NCBI GenBank assembly: GCA_012839845.1
Contig: DUMM01000118.1
Location: 1-57,305 of the forward strand
Reading direction: 5' to 3'
DNA length: 57,305 nucleotides
Origin: Bacillota bacterium
GTDB lineage: Bacteria; Bacillota; Limnochordia; DTU087
Part shown: positions 45,983 through 55,961 of the stretch, piece after piece
Layout of the letters: each line of letters begins with the position of its first letter
Position numbering within the stretch: the stretch's first letter is position 1
The notes under the pieces: model-generated
What the model was told of the DNA's origin: nothing
Databases searched by the model: none
What the model saw: the letters and a program-made list of their open reading frames with translations, nothing else
Program-made: the position numbers and the translations under genes

Positions 45983-46768
45983 CTATCCAACCATTTCTAC
46001 ACCCAAACGGGCCAGTTTCCCCCGGAGGCGGCTCAAGGCCTTAGTATGCAGCTGAGAGACCCGGGATTCGGAGACATCAAGTACCTTGCCGATCTCTTTC
46101 AAGGTCAGTTCTTCGTAATAGTATAAGGTGATCACCAACCGCTCTCTTTCCGGCAAGGCCTCAATGGCTTCAGTCAGCATCTCCAGAAGGCTTTCTCTGG
46201 CTACTAGCGCTGCCGGGTCTTCGCGGCCAGTATCTGCTACCATATCAGTTAGGCGGAGCTTTTCTCCGTCATGTCCCCCTTCTGACCAGGGTTCATCCAA
46301 GGAGAGCAAGGTGGTGGCTGCTGTCTCCTGCAGCAGCTTGGCGTACTCATCGGCGGTAATACCCATGGCATTCTGAAGCTCTTCATCGGTGGGGGGTCTT
46401 CCCAGTTTGTCTTCCAGTTCAGCCATGTTTTGGGCCAGCTGCCGAGCCTTAAGCCGCACCGAACGGGGTACCCAATCCACCGACCGCAGTCCATCGAGGA
46501 TTGCTCCTCTAATTCGGGTGGAGGCATAAGACTCGAACCTTACGCCCCGGGAAGTGTCGTATTTCTCGATGGCGTCCAACAGCCCAAAGATTCCATAGCT
46601 GACCAAATCCTCGTACTCCACTGTGTTGGGCAGACCGACAGCCATCCTACCAGCTATATACTTGACAAGATGCAAATAGGCTGTCACCAGAGACTCCCGG
46701 GCTTTAGGGTCTCCGGTTTTCTTAAACTGGTTCCACAATGATTGCAGCTGCCTTTCCTCCACTGACAC
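45983..46768 (-). CDS. fliA: Flagellar sigma factor, FliA/SigD/WhiG family (sigma-28)
   Basis: Regions 2-4 are present (DLVSYGIFGLLDAIEKYD, ...LTLKEIGKVLDVSESRVSQLHTKA). It lies downstream of flhF-flhG. Confidence 0.9.
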   Translation of the reverse strand: MSVEERQLQSLWNQFKKTGDPKARESLVTAYLHLVKYIAGRMAVGLPNTVEYEDLVSYGIFGLLDAIEKYDTSRGVRFESYASTRIRGAILDGLRSVDWVPRSVRLKARQLAQNMAELEDKLGRPPTDEELQNAMGITADEYAKLLQETAATTLLSLDEPWSEGGHDGEKLRLTDMVADTGREDPAALVARESLLEMLTEAIEALPERERLVITLYYYEELTLKEIGKVLDVSESRVSQLHTKALSRLRGKLARLGVEMVG

Positions 46769-46827
46769 TGCCCGACCACCCTTTCAACCAGTACCTTGCT
46801 CCTGCCTGTCGCTGGCGGAGATCGCGC

Positions 46828-47730
46828 TCACTGGCCAACGAGATGGAGCATTTTGCGAAACAGCCTGGCAATGCCTCCCAGTCCACTTGCCGTCTCTGCT
46901 TGAGTCCCGCTGTCGATATGATCCGGGCTCAGCAGCTGATCGGCCACCCTGTCTATGGCCAAGGCTGCCTTGCAGCGGGGATATGCGAGGTAAAAGGGCC
47001 TCATTTCCCGCACCGCCCGCTGTACCATGGGATCCCGGGGCACATAACCAGCAAAACTAAGTTCCCGGGAAAGGAACCGGCGGGATACGCTGTACAACCT
47101 GTCAAACACTTCCCTGCCGCTCCTGTCATCCTCACACATATTGACTATGATCTCAAGCACGGCGTCGTGGTTGCGCATGGCCAAGACTTTAACTAAGCCG
47201 TAGGCATCGGTAAGGGATGTGGGATCGGGAGTCGCTATCACTAAGACCTCTCTGCTTGCCAAGGCAAAGCTGAGGACATTTCTGGATAGTCCGGCTCCGG
47301 TATCGATCAGCAGCAGATCTAGGGCTTCATCCAGCTCAGACAGACTGTCGATAAAGCTGTCCAATTGATGCTGTTCGATATCCGCCAGTTCCGCAATACC
47401 GGAGCCGCCGGCAATCACCTTCAGGCCAGCGGGGCCCGTCAGGAGGATCTCCTGCAGAGTCCGTTCACCGCTGATGACATGGGACAGATTACAGCGGGGA
47501 TTGAGTCCCAAGAGCAGGTCTACATTGGCAAGGCCCATATCAGCATCTAAGATTCCCACCCGGATACCTCTTGTGGCCCATGCCAGGGCCAGGTTGACAG
47601 CAATATTGGTCTTGCCCACACCGCCTTTGCCGCTGGCTACTACAATTACACGGCAGTGCCGACCAATGCTCCTTCTGGGAGCTGCTTTAGCTGCTAGAAT
47701 CCGCAACGCTGCCGCTTGATCCTTGTGCAT
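46828..47730 (-). CDS. flhG: MinD/ParA-family ATPase FlhG (YlxH)
   Basis: Deviant Walker A SGKGGVGKTN. It lies downstream of flhF. Confidence 0.88.
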   Translation of the reverse strand: MHKDQAAALRILAAKAAPRRSIGRHCRVIVVASGKGGVGKTNIAVNLALAWATRGIRVGILDADMGLANVDLLLGLNPRCNLSHVISGERTLQEILLTGPAGLKVIAGGSGIAELADIEQHQLDSFIDSLSELDEALDLLLIDTGAGLSRNVLSFALASREVLVIATPDPTSLTDAYGLVKVLAMRNHDAVLEIIVNMCEDDRSGREVFDRLYSVSRRFLSRELSFAGYVPRDPMVQRAVREMRPFYLAYPRCKAALAIDRVADQLLSPDHIDSGTQAETASGLGGIARLFRKMLHLVGQ

Positions 47731-48930
47731 TCAAGCATCCCCCAATATCAAGCTCGATAGGTGTTCAGCCTCAGCCACCCGAATACACTCCGGAACTCCT
47801 TGGCCGTCGGTAAGAAATGAGAACGGACGACGGGCCAGGGCATAGGCTGTCAATAGAGTTCCGTAGCAACTGGTCTCGTCAAGTTTAGTTGCGATCAGGC
47901 GATCAAAACCGATCTCTGAAAAACGGCGGATCACATTGGCCAAATCCCGGTAACCGGTGGTGGCGCTGAACACCAGGTGCCGTTCGATACCGTCAATGGA
48001 AGCCAACACTGCTTCCATTTCCCCCAGACGTTCATCATCCCGGGGGCTGCTGCCGGCAGTATCAATTAGTATCAGGTCTTTGCCAGACCAGCTAGCAAGT
48101 GCATCTTCTATCTCCTCGGCGGTCCCTGCCACCCGCAGGGGAATCCCTATAATCTGGCTGTAAACCCTCAGCTGTTCCGTTGCGGCAATCCGGTAAGTAT
48201 CCAGGGTAATCAGCCCCACATCGGCTCCTGCTATCAGGCTGTAGTTGGCGGCTATTTTGGCCAAGGTTGTGGTCTTGCCTACGCCGGTAGGGCCGATCAG
48301 GACTGCGACCTTTGGTTTAGAGTTGGATAGGTCCCAAGGCGGAACGCAGCGGATCATAGCCGCTACCCGCTCTTTGGTTCTCGAGACCAGCTTTTCCATG
48401 TCGACGGATTCGCCGGCCATTTCCTGCCACACCGACTGGACGATGGCACTGGCTAGCTTCCGCTCTACTCCGTTATCCACCAAGCGGCGCTGGAGATTCG
48501 CTACCTCCTCGGGCCAAGACTCCCCAGCTTTGCCGTTGGCTGAAACCTCCGCTGGCTGTCCGCCGCCTGCCTTGTCCATCTTCAGGGCCTCTTGGTACAG
48601 ACGCCATGCCAGCTGCGCAGGCATGCTGACAACAGACTCATCGCTTGCCGCGGGGGCTAAAGAAGCAGCAGCTGCTGGTTTGCTGTGGGCTGCTTTAGGT
48701 ATCCCTTTGCTTGGCCTATTCGCCTCTGATGGCCGACTCGGTGTCTGACGGTCTGTCGGCTTTGTGTCCAGGGCAGCTGTCACTTCCACATACTTCCTGC
48801 CCAGGAACCCCCAGATTCCCCTCTGCCTTGTCAGCCGGGTATCTAGGATCACCGCGTCTTGCCCGAATTCCTCCCGCATTTGGGCAACTGCCTCGTGCAT
48901 GGTGGTACCCACAAACTTCTTAACCCTCAT
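47731..48930 (-). CDS. flhF: Flagellar biosynthesis SRP-type GTPase FlhF
   Basis: GPTGVGKTTTLAKIA, DTYRIAA, DTAG and TKLDET motifs. Confidence 0.92.
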   Translation of the reverse strand: MRVKKFVGTTMHEAVAQMREEFGQDAVILDTRLTRQRGIWGFLGRKYVEVTAALDTKPTDRQTPSRPSEANRPSKGIPKAAHSKPAAAASLAPAASDESVVSMPAQLAWRLYQEALKMDKAGGGQPAEVSANGKAGESWPEEVANLQRRLVDNGVERKLASAIVQSVWQEMAGESVDMEKLVSRTKERVAAMIRCVPPWDLSNSKPKVAVLIGPTGVGKTTTLAKIAANYSLIAGADVGLITLDTYRIAATEQLRVYSQIIGIPLRVAGTAEEIEDALASWSGKDLILIDTAGSSPRDDERLGEMEAVLASIDGIERHLVFSATTGYRDLANVIRRFSEIGFDRLIATKLDETSCYGTLLTAYALARRPFSFLTDGQGVPECIRVAEAEHLSSLILGDA

Positions 48931-51007
48931 GACGCCATGTCACCATCCCAACTGCCTGCACTGATGCATCAGGGGCAATCTCGTTATACGATAGAATCGG
49001 TAGTGACGGCATGGCCCGTTCAGTCAGCCTCCGCAGCGCCAGGCGAATTTGTGGAGAGCAGAGGACCACCGGTTGGTGGCCAGCTGCAGACGCTTTTTCC
49101 CAGGTCTTCGCTATCTCGTCCAGGATTCGACCACCGTCCTTGGGGTCGATGTTCACGAAGGTGCCTCGCTCTGTGTGCTGGATGCCGGCAGCAATTATAT
49201 CTTCGATGGCGGGATCCAAGGTAATGGCCGGTATGAAGCCCTTGTCTCCTACGTGGCTTTGGGAAATCTGCCGTGCCAGTGCTTCTCTCACGTACTCGGT
49301 TAAGATGTCGGTATCCTTAGTTAACGGGGCATAATCGGCCAGACATTCCAAGATGGTAACCGGATCCCGGATGGAGACATTCTCCTTGAGCAAATTCTGC
49401 AGCACCTTTTGAATCTCCCCTAGGGTGAGGAGATTGGGCACCAGCTCATCTACCACGGCGCTGTATTCATCCTTCAGCCCATCCAGCAGCATTTTTACCT
49501 CCTGACGACCGACAAGTTCGTGGGCATGCCGCCTGATGATCTCCGTCAAGTGCGTTGCCAAAACCGACGGAGGGTCGACCACGGTGTAGCCGGCAACCTC
49601 TGCCTCCTGCCGCCTAGACGCCGGTACCCAAATGGCCGGCAGTCCGAAGGCCGGTTCTCTGGTTTCTATGCCTTCAACAGGCCCTGTAACCCCGCCAGAA
49701 TCCATACACAAGTAGTGGTTGAGCATCAGCTCTCCTTTACCCACTTCAACGCCTTTGATCTTTATAGAGTAAGCTCCTGGAGCTAGCTGAAGGTTATCCC
49801 TGATCCTGACAGGCGGGATAACTAACCCCAGCTCCATGGCCATCTGCCTGCGGATTAGGGTAATCCTTTCCAAGAGGTCACCATCCTGCTCGGTGTCTAC
49901 CAAGGGGATCAAGCCGTACCCAATTTCCAGTTCAATGCGGTCCAGCTGAAGGTAGTTCAAGACGTTTTCCGGCCGCCTGGTCTCTTCAATTTCCCGCTCC
50001 TCAGCTTCCTGCCGTTCCAACTGAACCTGGGCGGCTTTCCACTTGTTCAAAGCATACGCTAGACCGCCGGTGGTTCCGCCTAAGACCAAGAAAGGCAAGA
50101 CTGGAAGTCCGGGTACTAAGGCAAATAGGAACATGAGGCCGGAGGCTATCCGCAGTGTCTTTGGTTCGGAAAACAGCTGCTGGCTCATCTCGCTACCCAG
50201 ACTGCTTTCGGAAGCGGCCCGTGTAATGATGATACCAGTGGCAGTGGAGATGAGAAGCGCGGGAATTTGACTCACCAGTCCGTCGCCCACGGTCAGCAGG
50301 GTATACCGCTGCAGGGCATCTGCCATCGACATTCCTTGCTGGACAATACCGACTGTTAAGCCCCCAAGTATGTCAATCAAGACAATGATGATCGAAGCGA
50401 TGGCATCCCCTTTGACGAATTTACTGGCTCCATCCATGGCTCCATAAAAGTCTGCCTCTCTGGCAATTTCCCGTCGGCGCCTTCGGGCCTCCTCATCGGT
50501 GATGAGTCCCGCATTGAGGTCGGCATCGACACTCATCTGTTTGCCGGGCATGGCATCCAACGTAAACCTAGCGGCTACTTCTGCAACCCGCTCTGCACCC
50601 TTGGTGATGACCAGAAACTGAACTACTACAAGGATTAGAAAGATCACAAAACCTACCACGTAATTGCCGCCGATGACGAAATTCCCAAAAGCCTCGATTA
50701 TTTTCCCGGCGTAGCCGCGAAGGAGAATCAAGCGCGTTGAAGATACACTGAGTGCTAATCGAAAGAGAGTAGCGACCAGCAGCAGGGATGGGAACACCGA
50801 AAGCTGCAGCGGCTCCTTGACGTTCATGGTCAAAAGCAGGATTAACAGCGACAAGCTGATATTCACCGCCAAGAGTATGTCCAGCATCACCGGCGGTAGA
50901 GGCAGTACCATCATGATAACAATCAAGATGACGCCCAGCACAACAAGTAGGTCGTTGCCCACCGCCAATCCTCTCAACACCCGTTGCTGGGGCAAACTGG
51001 TAGCCAT
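48920..51007 (-). CDS. flhA: Flagellar type III export gate protein FlhA
   Basis: 695 aa. FHIPEP motifs (EVAARFTLDAMPGKQMSVDADL, GASKFVKGDAIA) and the cytoplasmic C-terminal domain. Confidence 0.96.
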   Translation of the reverse strand: MATSLPQQRVLRGLAVGNDLLVVLGVILIVIMMVLPLPPVMLDILLAVNISLSLLILLLTMNVKEPLQLSVFPSLLLVATLFRLALSVSSTRLILLRGYAGKIIEAFGNFVIGGNYVVGFVIFLILVVVQFLVITKGAERVAEVAARFTLDAMPGKQMSVDADLNAGLITDEEARRRRREIAREADFYGAMDGASKFVKGDAIASIIIVLIDILGGLTVGIVQQGMSMADALQRYTLLTVGDGLVSQIPALLISTATGIIITRAASESSLGSEMSQQLFSEPKTLRIASGLMFLFALVPGLPVLPFLVLGGTTGGLAYALNKWKAAQVQLERQEAEEREIEETRRPENVLNYLQLDRIELEIGYGLIPLVDTEQDGDLLERITLIRRQMAMELGLVIPPVRIRDNLQLAPGAYSIKIKGVEVGKGELMLNHYLCMDSGGVTGPVEGIETREPAFGLPAIWVPASRRQEAEVAGYTVVDPPSVLATHLTEIIRRHAHELVGRQEVKMLLDGLKDEYSAVVDELVPNLLTLGEIQKVLQNLLKENVSIRDPVTILECLADYAPLTKDTDILTEYVREALARQISQSHVGDKGFIPAITLDPAIEDIIAAGIQHTERGTFVNIDPKDGGRILDEIAKTWEKASAAGHQPVVLCSPQIRLALRRLTERAMPSLPILSYNEIAPDASVQAVGMVTWRHEG

Positions 51008-51032
51008 TTTCGCCCCTCCTTTTTACCAACGT

Positions 51033-52127
51033 CTAAAGCCGGTAAACGTAAGCCAAAACCTCCGCAACAGCCTGATACAGCTCAGCCGGTATCTCCCGTC
51101 CCACCGGCACTGAATCATACAAAGCCCTTGCCAAAGCGGGGTTTTCGACAATCGGCACTTCACTTTCTTCCGCTATCTGTCGGATTCGGGCTGCCAGGTA
51201 ATCTGCTCCTTTGGCCACAACCATCGGGGCAACCATGCTTTTGGCATCATACTTGAGAGCCACTGCGTAATGGGTGGGGTTCGTAACTACTACATCTGCT
51301 GTCGGCACTGCCTGCATCATACGGCTGTTGGCAAGCTGCCTTTGGCGGGCCCGAATGGCAGATCGGATTTGCGGGTCTCCCTCTGTCTCCTTCAGTTCAT
51401 CCTTGATGTCCTGAACGCTCATTTTCAGGCTCTCTTCATACTCCCACCGCTGGTAGAGATAGTCAACTCCCGCAAGGGCCAGCAGGCAGACACCTGTCCA
51501 CAGCCCGATTCTCCGAACAGCCTCCATGGTAAAAGCCGCTGCCTGTACCGGCTCAACCCAAAGGAGTGCCTGGAGCCTGTTTAGGTCTTTACCGATGGCG
51601 GTATAGGCGACATAGGCCACAACTGCAATCTTCACAGACGACTTGAGCAGCTCCACAAAGGCACGCTTAGAAAATATCCGTTTGGCACCTTCTGCTGGGT
51701 TGATCCTAGAAAACTGCAGCTTCAGCGGTTCAGTGGTGAAGTTGAAACCCACCTGGAGGAACTGACTGAACAGTCCCAGCAGTAGAGCCGTGCCCATGAC
51801 GGGGCCGGCAACGATCAAAATGCACAAGACAGCATTGCTTTGCAGCCCCTGAATGCCGGCTAAGGAAAACTCCACCCGGGCTGCACCGTCTCCCAGTACC
51901 TGGCGGACGTAAACAGCCAGCCTTGCCAAAGCCCATTCCCAGCTGACACCCACAAGAAGCGCTGTTCCCAAAAGCAGGAAGGCCGTGTTGAGCTCCTGAC
52001 TCTTGGCAACTTGACCTTTCTTTCTAGCTTCTTCCCGCCGTCGAGGGGTAGCCGGTTCTGTCTTGCCATCGGCAAACAGCTGAAGATTGATCCGGTAATC
52101 CATCGCGCAATCAGCAAGCATCGCCAC
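51033..52127 (-). CDS. flhB: Flagellar export switch protein FlhB
   Basis: LQLFADGKTEPATPRRREEARKKGQVAKS and the NPTH autocleavage site (VVTNPTHYAVAL). The start is probably ATG 52121 or 52103. Confidence 0.95.
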   Translation of the reverse strand: MAMLADCAMDYRINLQLFADGKTEPATPRRREEARKKGQVAKSQELNTAFLLLGTALLVGVSWEWALARLAVYVRQVLGDGAARVEFSLAGIQGLQSNAVLCILIVAGPVMGTALLLGLFSQFLQVGFNFTTEPLKLQFSRINPAEGAKRIFSKRAFVELLKSSVKIAVVAYVAYTAIGKDLNRLQALLWVEPVQAAAFTMEAVRRIGLWTGVCLLALAGVDYLYQRWEYEESLKMSVQDIKDELKETEGDPQIRSAIRARQRQLANSRMMQAVPTADVVVTNPTHYAVALKYDAKSMVAPMVVAKGADYLAARIRQIAEESEVPIVENPALARALYDSVPVGREIPAELYQAVAEVLAYVYRL

Positions 52128-52137
52128 CGCTCCAGAT

Positions 52138-52917
52138 TCAAAAACTCGCCATAAAAGCCTCTAAAACCCGGGCAAGGTCTCCTTGGCCGCTGAAAATTCT
52201 CGTAAGAACGGATACATAGCCCGGAAGCAGCGCCAGCAAGAGCAGAAGGCCGAGCAGGATCTTGGCAGGGAACTCCAGCATGAACACGTTTATCTGGGGT
52301 ACTGCCCGGGCGATGATCCCCATGGCAATATCGGCCAGAACCAGACCGGCCATCAAAGGGAGGCTTAGTCTAACTCCCAGGTAAAACATACTGACGAATA
52401 TCTCCACCACCGTCCCAGCCAGGCTCCCCTTTGGGAACCCTCCTCCAATTGGAATCACTGCAAAACTTGTCGCCAGAGCCCGCAGGAGGGCATGATGTCC
52501 CCTAACGGCGAAAAAGATCAAGGCAGCCAGGATATACTGAAACTGGGCTATGATGGGCACCTGGGTGCCGCTTTGGGGGTCAACGACATTGACCATGCCA
52601 AAGCCCATGGGTACATCGATGAGCTGGCCGGCTAGGTAAACAGCGGAAAAGACCAAGGTCACGGCATAGCCCAGTCCCAAGCCCACCACAAGTTCCCTAA
52701 TGACTAGGGCAAAATAGGCTGCTGGCGCAGAAGGCACCGGCAGAGCTCCCAAAGCAGGGTAAAGCACTAACGCAGTGACTAAGGTCAATGCAGCTCTGAG
52801 CTGTGGAGGAACTCCCCGTCCTCCTAGGATTGGGGCTGCCATTACGAGCCCGGATACCCGCACCATTACCGGGAAAAACCCGGTTACGTACTGTACAAGG
52901 TTCTCCATGAAGACCAA
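52138..52917 (-). CDS. fliR: Flagellar export protein FliR
   Basis: 259-aa polytopic membrane protein in the canonical fliPQR order. Confidence 0.9.
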   Translation of the reverse strand: MVFMENLVQYVTGFFPVMVRVSGLVMAAPILGGRGVPPQLRAALTLVTALVLYPALGALPVPSAPAAYFALVIRELVVGLGLGYAVTLVFSAVYLAGQLIDVPMGFGMVNVVDPQSGTQVPIIAQFQYILAALIFFAVRGHHALLRALATSFAVIPIGGGFPKGSLAGTVVEIFVSMFYLGVRLSLPLMAGLVLADIAMGIIARAVPQINVFMLEFPAKILLGLLLLLALLPGYVSVLTRIFSGQGDLARVLEAFMASF

Positions 52918-52918
52918 C

Positions 52919-53188
52919 CTACCCGATAAACTGAGTCATGTTGTTAAAAAGACGGTTGGTGAAGTCTATCATTATCCTAAGCATCCACGGGCCCAGCAAG
53001 ACGGTGGCTCCCAGGACAGTCAAGATCTTGGGCACAAAGGTCAATGTCTGTTCCTGAATCTGCGTCGTTGCCTGAAAAATGCTGATTATCAGCCCCACCA
53101 GTAGACTTAAAACCAGCACAGGCCCTGCCACCATAATGACAGTTACTAAAGCTTCCCGAGCGATTTTCATGATCGTAAGCTCAGTCAT
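52919..53188 (-). CDS. fliQ: Flagellar export protein FliQ
   Basis: 89 aa with two TM segments. ...GLIISIFQATTQIQEQTLTFVPK. Confidence 0.93.
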   Translation of the reverse strand: MTELTIMKIAREALVTVIMVAGPVLVLSLLVGLIISIFQATTQIQEQTLTFVPKILTVLGATVLLGPWMLRIMIDFTNRLFNNMTQFIG

Positions 53189-53228
53189 GACCGAACGCCC
53201 CCTTCATCTTCCCGTAGCTGGGATCTTC

Positions 53229-54044
53229 CTAGCGGTAACTGAGAAGCAGCGATCTAATCACCAAATGCCAGCCATCAACCATAACAAACAAGAGGATTTT
53301 GAATGGAAGGGAGATCATAACCGGCGGCAGCATCAGCATTCCCATGGACATCAGCACGCTGGATACAATTAGGTCGATGACCAAGAAAGGTACAAAGATG
53401 ACAAAACCCAGCTGAAAGGCTGTTTTCAGCTCACTGATTACAAACGCGGGGATCAGCACATGGGTTGGAACCTCACTCGGATTAGCTGGTCGGGGCATCC
53501 CAGAAAGACTCACAAAAAGCTCTAAATCTTTCTCCCGCGTGTTCTTAAACATAAACTCCCGGGTGGGTTCCAAGGCCCTTTGCAGGGCATCCATCTGGGT
53601 GATTTCTCCCTGCAAATAAGGCTGTAAAGCCGTCTCATTGATGATCTGCCAAGTCGGCGCCATGACATAAAAAGTCAAGAAAAGCGCGAGCCCGATCAAG
53701 ACCTGGTTGGGAGGCATCTGCTGCGTCGCCAGCGCATTGCGAACAAAAGACAGGACCACCACTATCCGGGTGAAGGATGTCATCATGATCAGAATGGCCG
53801 GCGCCAGAGCTAGTATCGTTAGAAGCACGAGGATCTGCAGGCTGATGGCTATATCCTCAGGGTTTTCTGCAGATTCGACTCCAATGCTGATCCTGGGCAG
53901 CACCGGTGTCACTTGCGCCTCTACCGGTATTGACCATGTATGTATCAGAACCAATCCTAGTAAGCTAAAAAAAAGCCATCTGGCTTTACCCTTGGCCATC
54001 GTCACCCTGTCCATCTCCCCGTTGTCCTTTCCTCCACCGCCCAA
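53229..54044 (-). CDS. fliP: Flagellar export protein FliP
   Basis: LLTILALAPAILIMMTSFTRIVVVLSFVRNALATQQMPPNQVLIGLALFLTFYVM. The start is probably ATG 53999 or 54014. Confidence 0.95.
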   Translation of the reverse strand: MGGGGKDNGEMDRVTMAKGKARWLFFSLLGLVLIHTWSIPVEAQVTPVLPRISIGVESAENPEDIAISLQILVLLTILALAPAILIMMTSFTRIVVVLSFVRNALATQQMPPNQVLIGLALFLTFYVMAPTWQIINETALQPYLQGEITQMDALQRALEPTREFMFKNTREKDLELFVSLSGMPRPANPSEVPTHVLIPAFVISELKTAFQLGFVIFVPFLVIDLIVSSVLMSMGMLMLPPVMISLPFKILLFVMVDGWHLVIRSLLLSYR

Positions 54045-54384
54045 CCCACTGCAGCAGGTCAGGAGTGGGTCTGTGCGGTGTCGGACTGCCTTCCAAGTCC
54101 AACTCTGTTTCCGACCCTTCCCACAGAGTGGAAACCCTCTCTTTGCTTACCGATAGCAGCAGCACCTTGGCAGCCATTCTGACCAAGAGCAGCTGATTTC
54201 CTCCACCTAGGTGCAAGACATCCAAGACCTCTACATGACCGTTGATGCTGCGGCTGACGGTAACCCGACGACCTACCGCCCTCAGCCCATAGTACAGGAG
54301 CGGGACAAGTACAACTAGCGCTAAGAGCACCCTGGACGCGTATGAAACCATATCCCAACCGCTCAGCGGTTCTATCTCCGCCAC
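53986..54384 (-). CDS. fliO: Flagellar biosynthesis protein FliO/FliZ
   Basis: A single TM (VLLALVVLVPLLYYGL), then VEVLDVLHLGGGNQLLLVRMAAKVLLLSVSKE. It sits before fliP. Confidence 0.8.
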   Translation of the reverse strand: MAEIEPLSGWDMVSYASRVLLALVVLVPLLYYGLRAVGRRVTVSRSINGHVEVLDVLHLGGGNQLLLVRMAAKVLLLSVSKERVSTLWEGSETELDLEGSPTPHRPTPDLLQWVGRWRKGQRGDGQGDDGQG

Positions 54385-54387
54385 TCT

Positions 54388-55416
54388 TTAAGCACCACCT
54401 ATTCTGGCACGCTCCAGCCGATCTGCAGGGCTGATTATCTCGCTAATCCGGATACCCAAGCGGTCATCTAGGACGAGCACTTCACCCCGGGCGATGTAGT
54501 GGCCGTTTAGGGTCAGTTCCATTGGCTCCCCGGCCATTTTGCCCAGGGGGACGATCTCGCCCACTTTCAGACCCAGGAGTTCTCCGATCTTCAGTTCAGT
54601 CTTGCCGAGCTCAACGGCCATATCTAGAACTACATCTCCCACCAGTTGGATATCCGAATCCTTCCCCTTGGTGGGTCTTTCCTCCAGCGCGGGGAACTCA
54701 ACCGGCAGTACCGGGGCAAACCCACTGCGGGTGGCCTTCTCCGGGCGGTAGGTTCTCACTATCCCTTCCCGGATGTTTCTCGGCCCGCCCAGCTCCTGCA
54801 CCCCTTGTACCCGATATAGCTGCTGGGCAATGTCCCGCACCAGATAGTAAGGCAGCCAGTATTCCAAGAGGACTACGCCGCCGTCGGCAAAGGTCCACCC
54901 CATAGTAAGTACAGCCGTCAGGTCCTGGGCAGCCCAAGGCAGGAGATCCTCGTAAGTCTGCCAGCCTTTTTCCAGATAAATGGTATGCGCTTCCAGCTCG
55001 CATCCCAGAAGCTGGCCCACAGTGGCGAACCACATCTTCATCCACCCGCTGAGCAGCGATGTAAGGGACGCGTCATCTCCAGAAACGGCCCCAGAGGACT
55101 TCAAGTAATGCCCGTGGGACTCCGGCATCCTTACCAGTATCAGCTCCCGAATACTGCCCATAAGCTGCGTCTGCCACAGCTTAAACGGTGTTTTTTCTTC
55201 TTCAAAGAAGGGGCTCTTTATGAACCGCAGACCGGAGGCATCGGCCAAAACCTCTCTGCGCAGAACTTCCCTCAGCCGCGGTTCCACAGCCATGGTAACC
55301 GCCTTGGCCAGCTCGTTGAAGACAGCAACATCTCCATCCGGAACCGGCATACCGGAAAACCTCAGTTGGTCTTCGCCGCCTGGCTGTACTAATGCCGACC
55401 TTACCAAATGCCTCAC
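54388..55416 (-). CDS. fliN: Flagellar motor switch protein with a C-terminal FliN (SpoA) domain and an atypical ~250-aa N-terminal region
   Basis: The C-terminus reads VELGKTELKIGELLGLKVGEIVPLGKMAGEPMELTLNGHYIARGEVLVLDDRLGIRISEII. I found no N-terminal EIDAL-type CheY-binding peptide and no CheC E-x2-N motifs. Confidence 0.75.
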   Translation of the reverse strand: MRHLVRSALVQPGGEDQLRFSGMPVPDGDVAVFNELAKAVTMAVEPRLREVLRREVLADASGLRFIKSPFFEEEKTPFKLWQTQLMGSIRELILVRMPESHGHYLKSSGAVSGDDASLTSLLSGWMKMWFATVGQLLGCELEAHTIYLEKGWQTYEDLLPWAAQDLTAVLTMGWTFADGGVVLLEYWLPYYLVRDIAQQLYRVQGVQELGGPRNIREGIVRTYRPEKATRSGFAPVLPVEFPALEERPTKGKDSDIQLVGDVVLDMAVELGKTELKIGELLGLKVGEIVPLGKMAGEPMELTLNGHYIARGEVLVLDDRLGIRISEIISPADRLERARIGGA

Positions 55417-55426
55417 CCTCTCCGAG

Positions 55427-55888
55427 CTACTGCACCACCAAGTCAGTAAAGAAGACGTTGACTACCTTTCCTCCCTGAAGCAGGTCGGATATGGCACCGG
55501 CGATTTCATGCCGCAATTTCTCCATCCCGCTTGCACCGGCTATATCATCATGAGTCTTGCTCCGGAGAATGGCAATCACAGCATCTCTGACCTGGGCTTC
55601 CCGTTGGGTCAGTTCTGCTAGACACCTCTTATCGCTTACCTCTACCGCTACCCCGGTGCGCACAAAGCGGGGCGCAAAACCCGGCGGTACCATCAGATTG
55701 ACTGTGAACTCGCCGATTTCGTGAATCGGCCCATAACCTTGCTTTTCTACAGCTGCTTGTCCGCTGACAACACCGACCGAGCGGGAGAAGACAAGAAAAG
55801 TTATGTACGCGCTGCCCATGGCCGCAATTACCACCAAAGCTATCCCCATGATAATGACCTTTAAGTCGATCTCGAATTTTCCCGCCAC
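55427..55888 (-). CDS. fliL: Flagellar basal-body-associated protein FliL
   Basis: An N-terminal TM, then IGEFTVNL...RFVRTGVAVEV...VRDAVIAILRSKT...KVVNVFFTDLVVQ. Confidence 0.88.
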   Translation of the reverse strand: MAGKFEIDLKVIIMGIALVVIAAMGSAYITFLVFSRSVGVVSGQAAVEKQGYGPIHEIGEFTVNLMVPPGFAPRFVRTGVAVEVSDKRCLAELTQREAQVRDAVIAILRSKTHDDIAGASGMEKLRHEIAGAISDLLQGGKVVNVFFTDLVVQ

Positions 55889-55961
55889 CTGGACATCCTC
55901 CCAATCGAATAGTAACTGTCCTTATCGCAACCCCCATGGTTTTCGATGGGGTGCACTTGGG

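Noticed and set aside
45053-46126. A 357-aa plus-strand ORF covering the rpsB leader, both hypothetical genes and the 3' end of fliA.
   Set aside because: The composition is Ser/Leu/Ala/Pro-rich and low in complexity, which is typical of an antisense frame in GC-rich coding DNA. It has no Shine-Dalgarno. It overlaps a well-supported fliA and the rpsB promoter. The minus-strand ORFs have ribosome-binding sites and sensible architecture.
50568-51029. A 153-aa minus-strand ORF overlapping the flhA 5' region in another frame.
   Set aside because: It lies within the strongly conserved FlhA TM region and is Gly/Arg/Cys-rich. It is an alternative-frame artefact.
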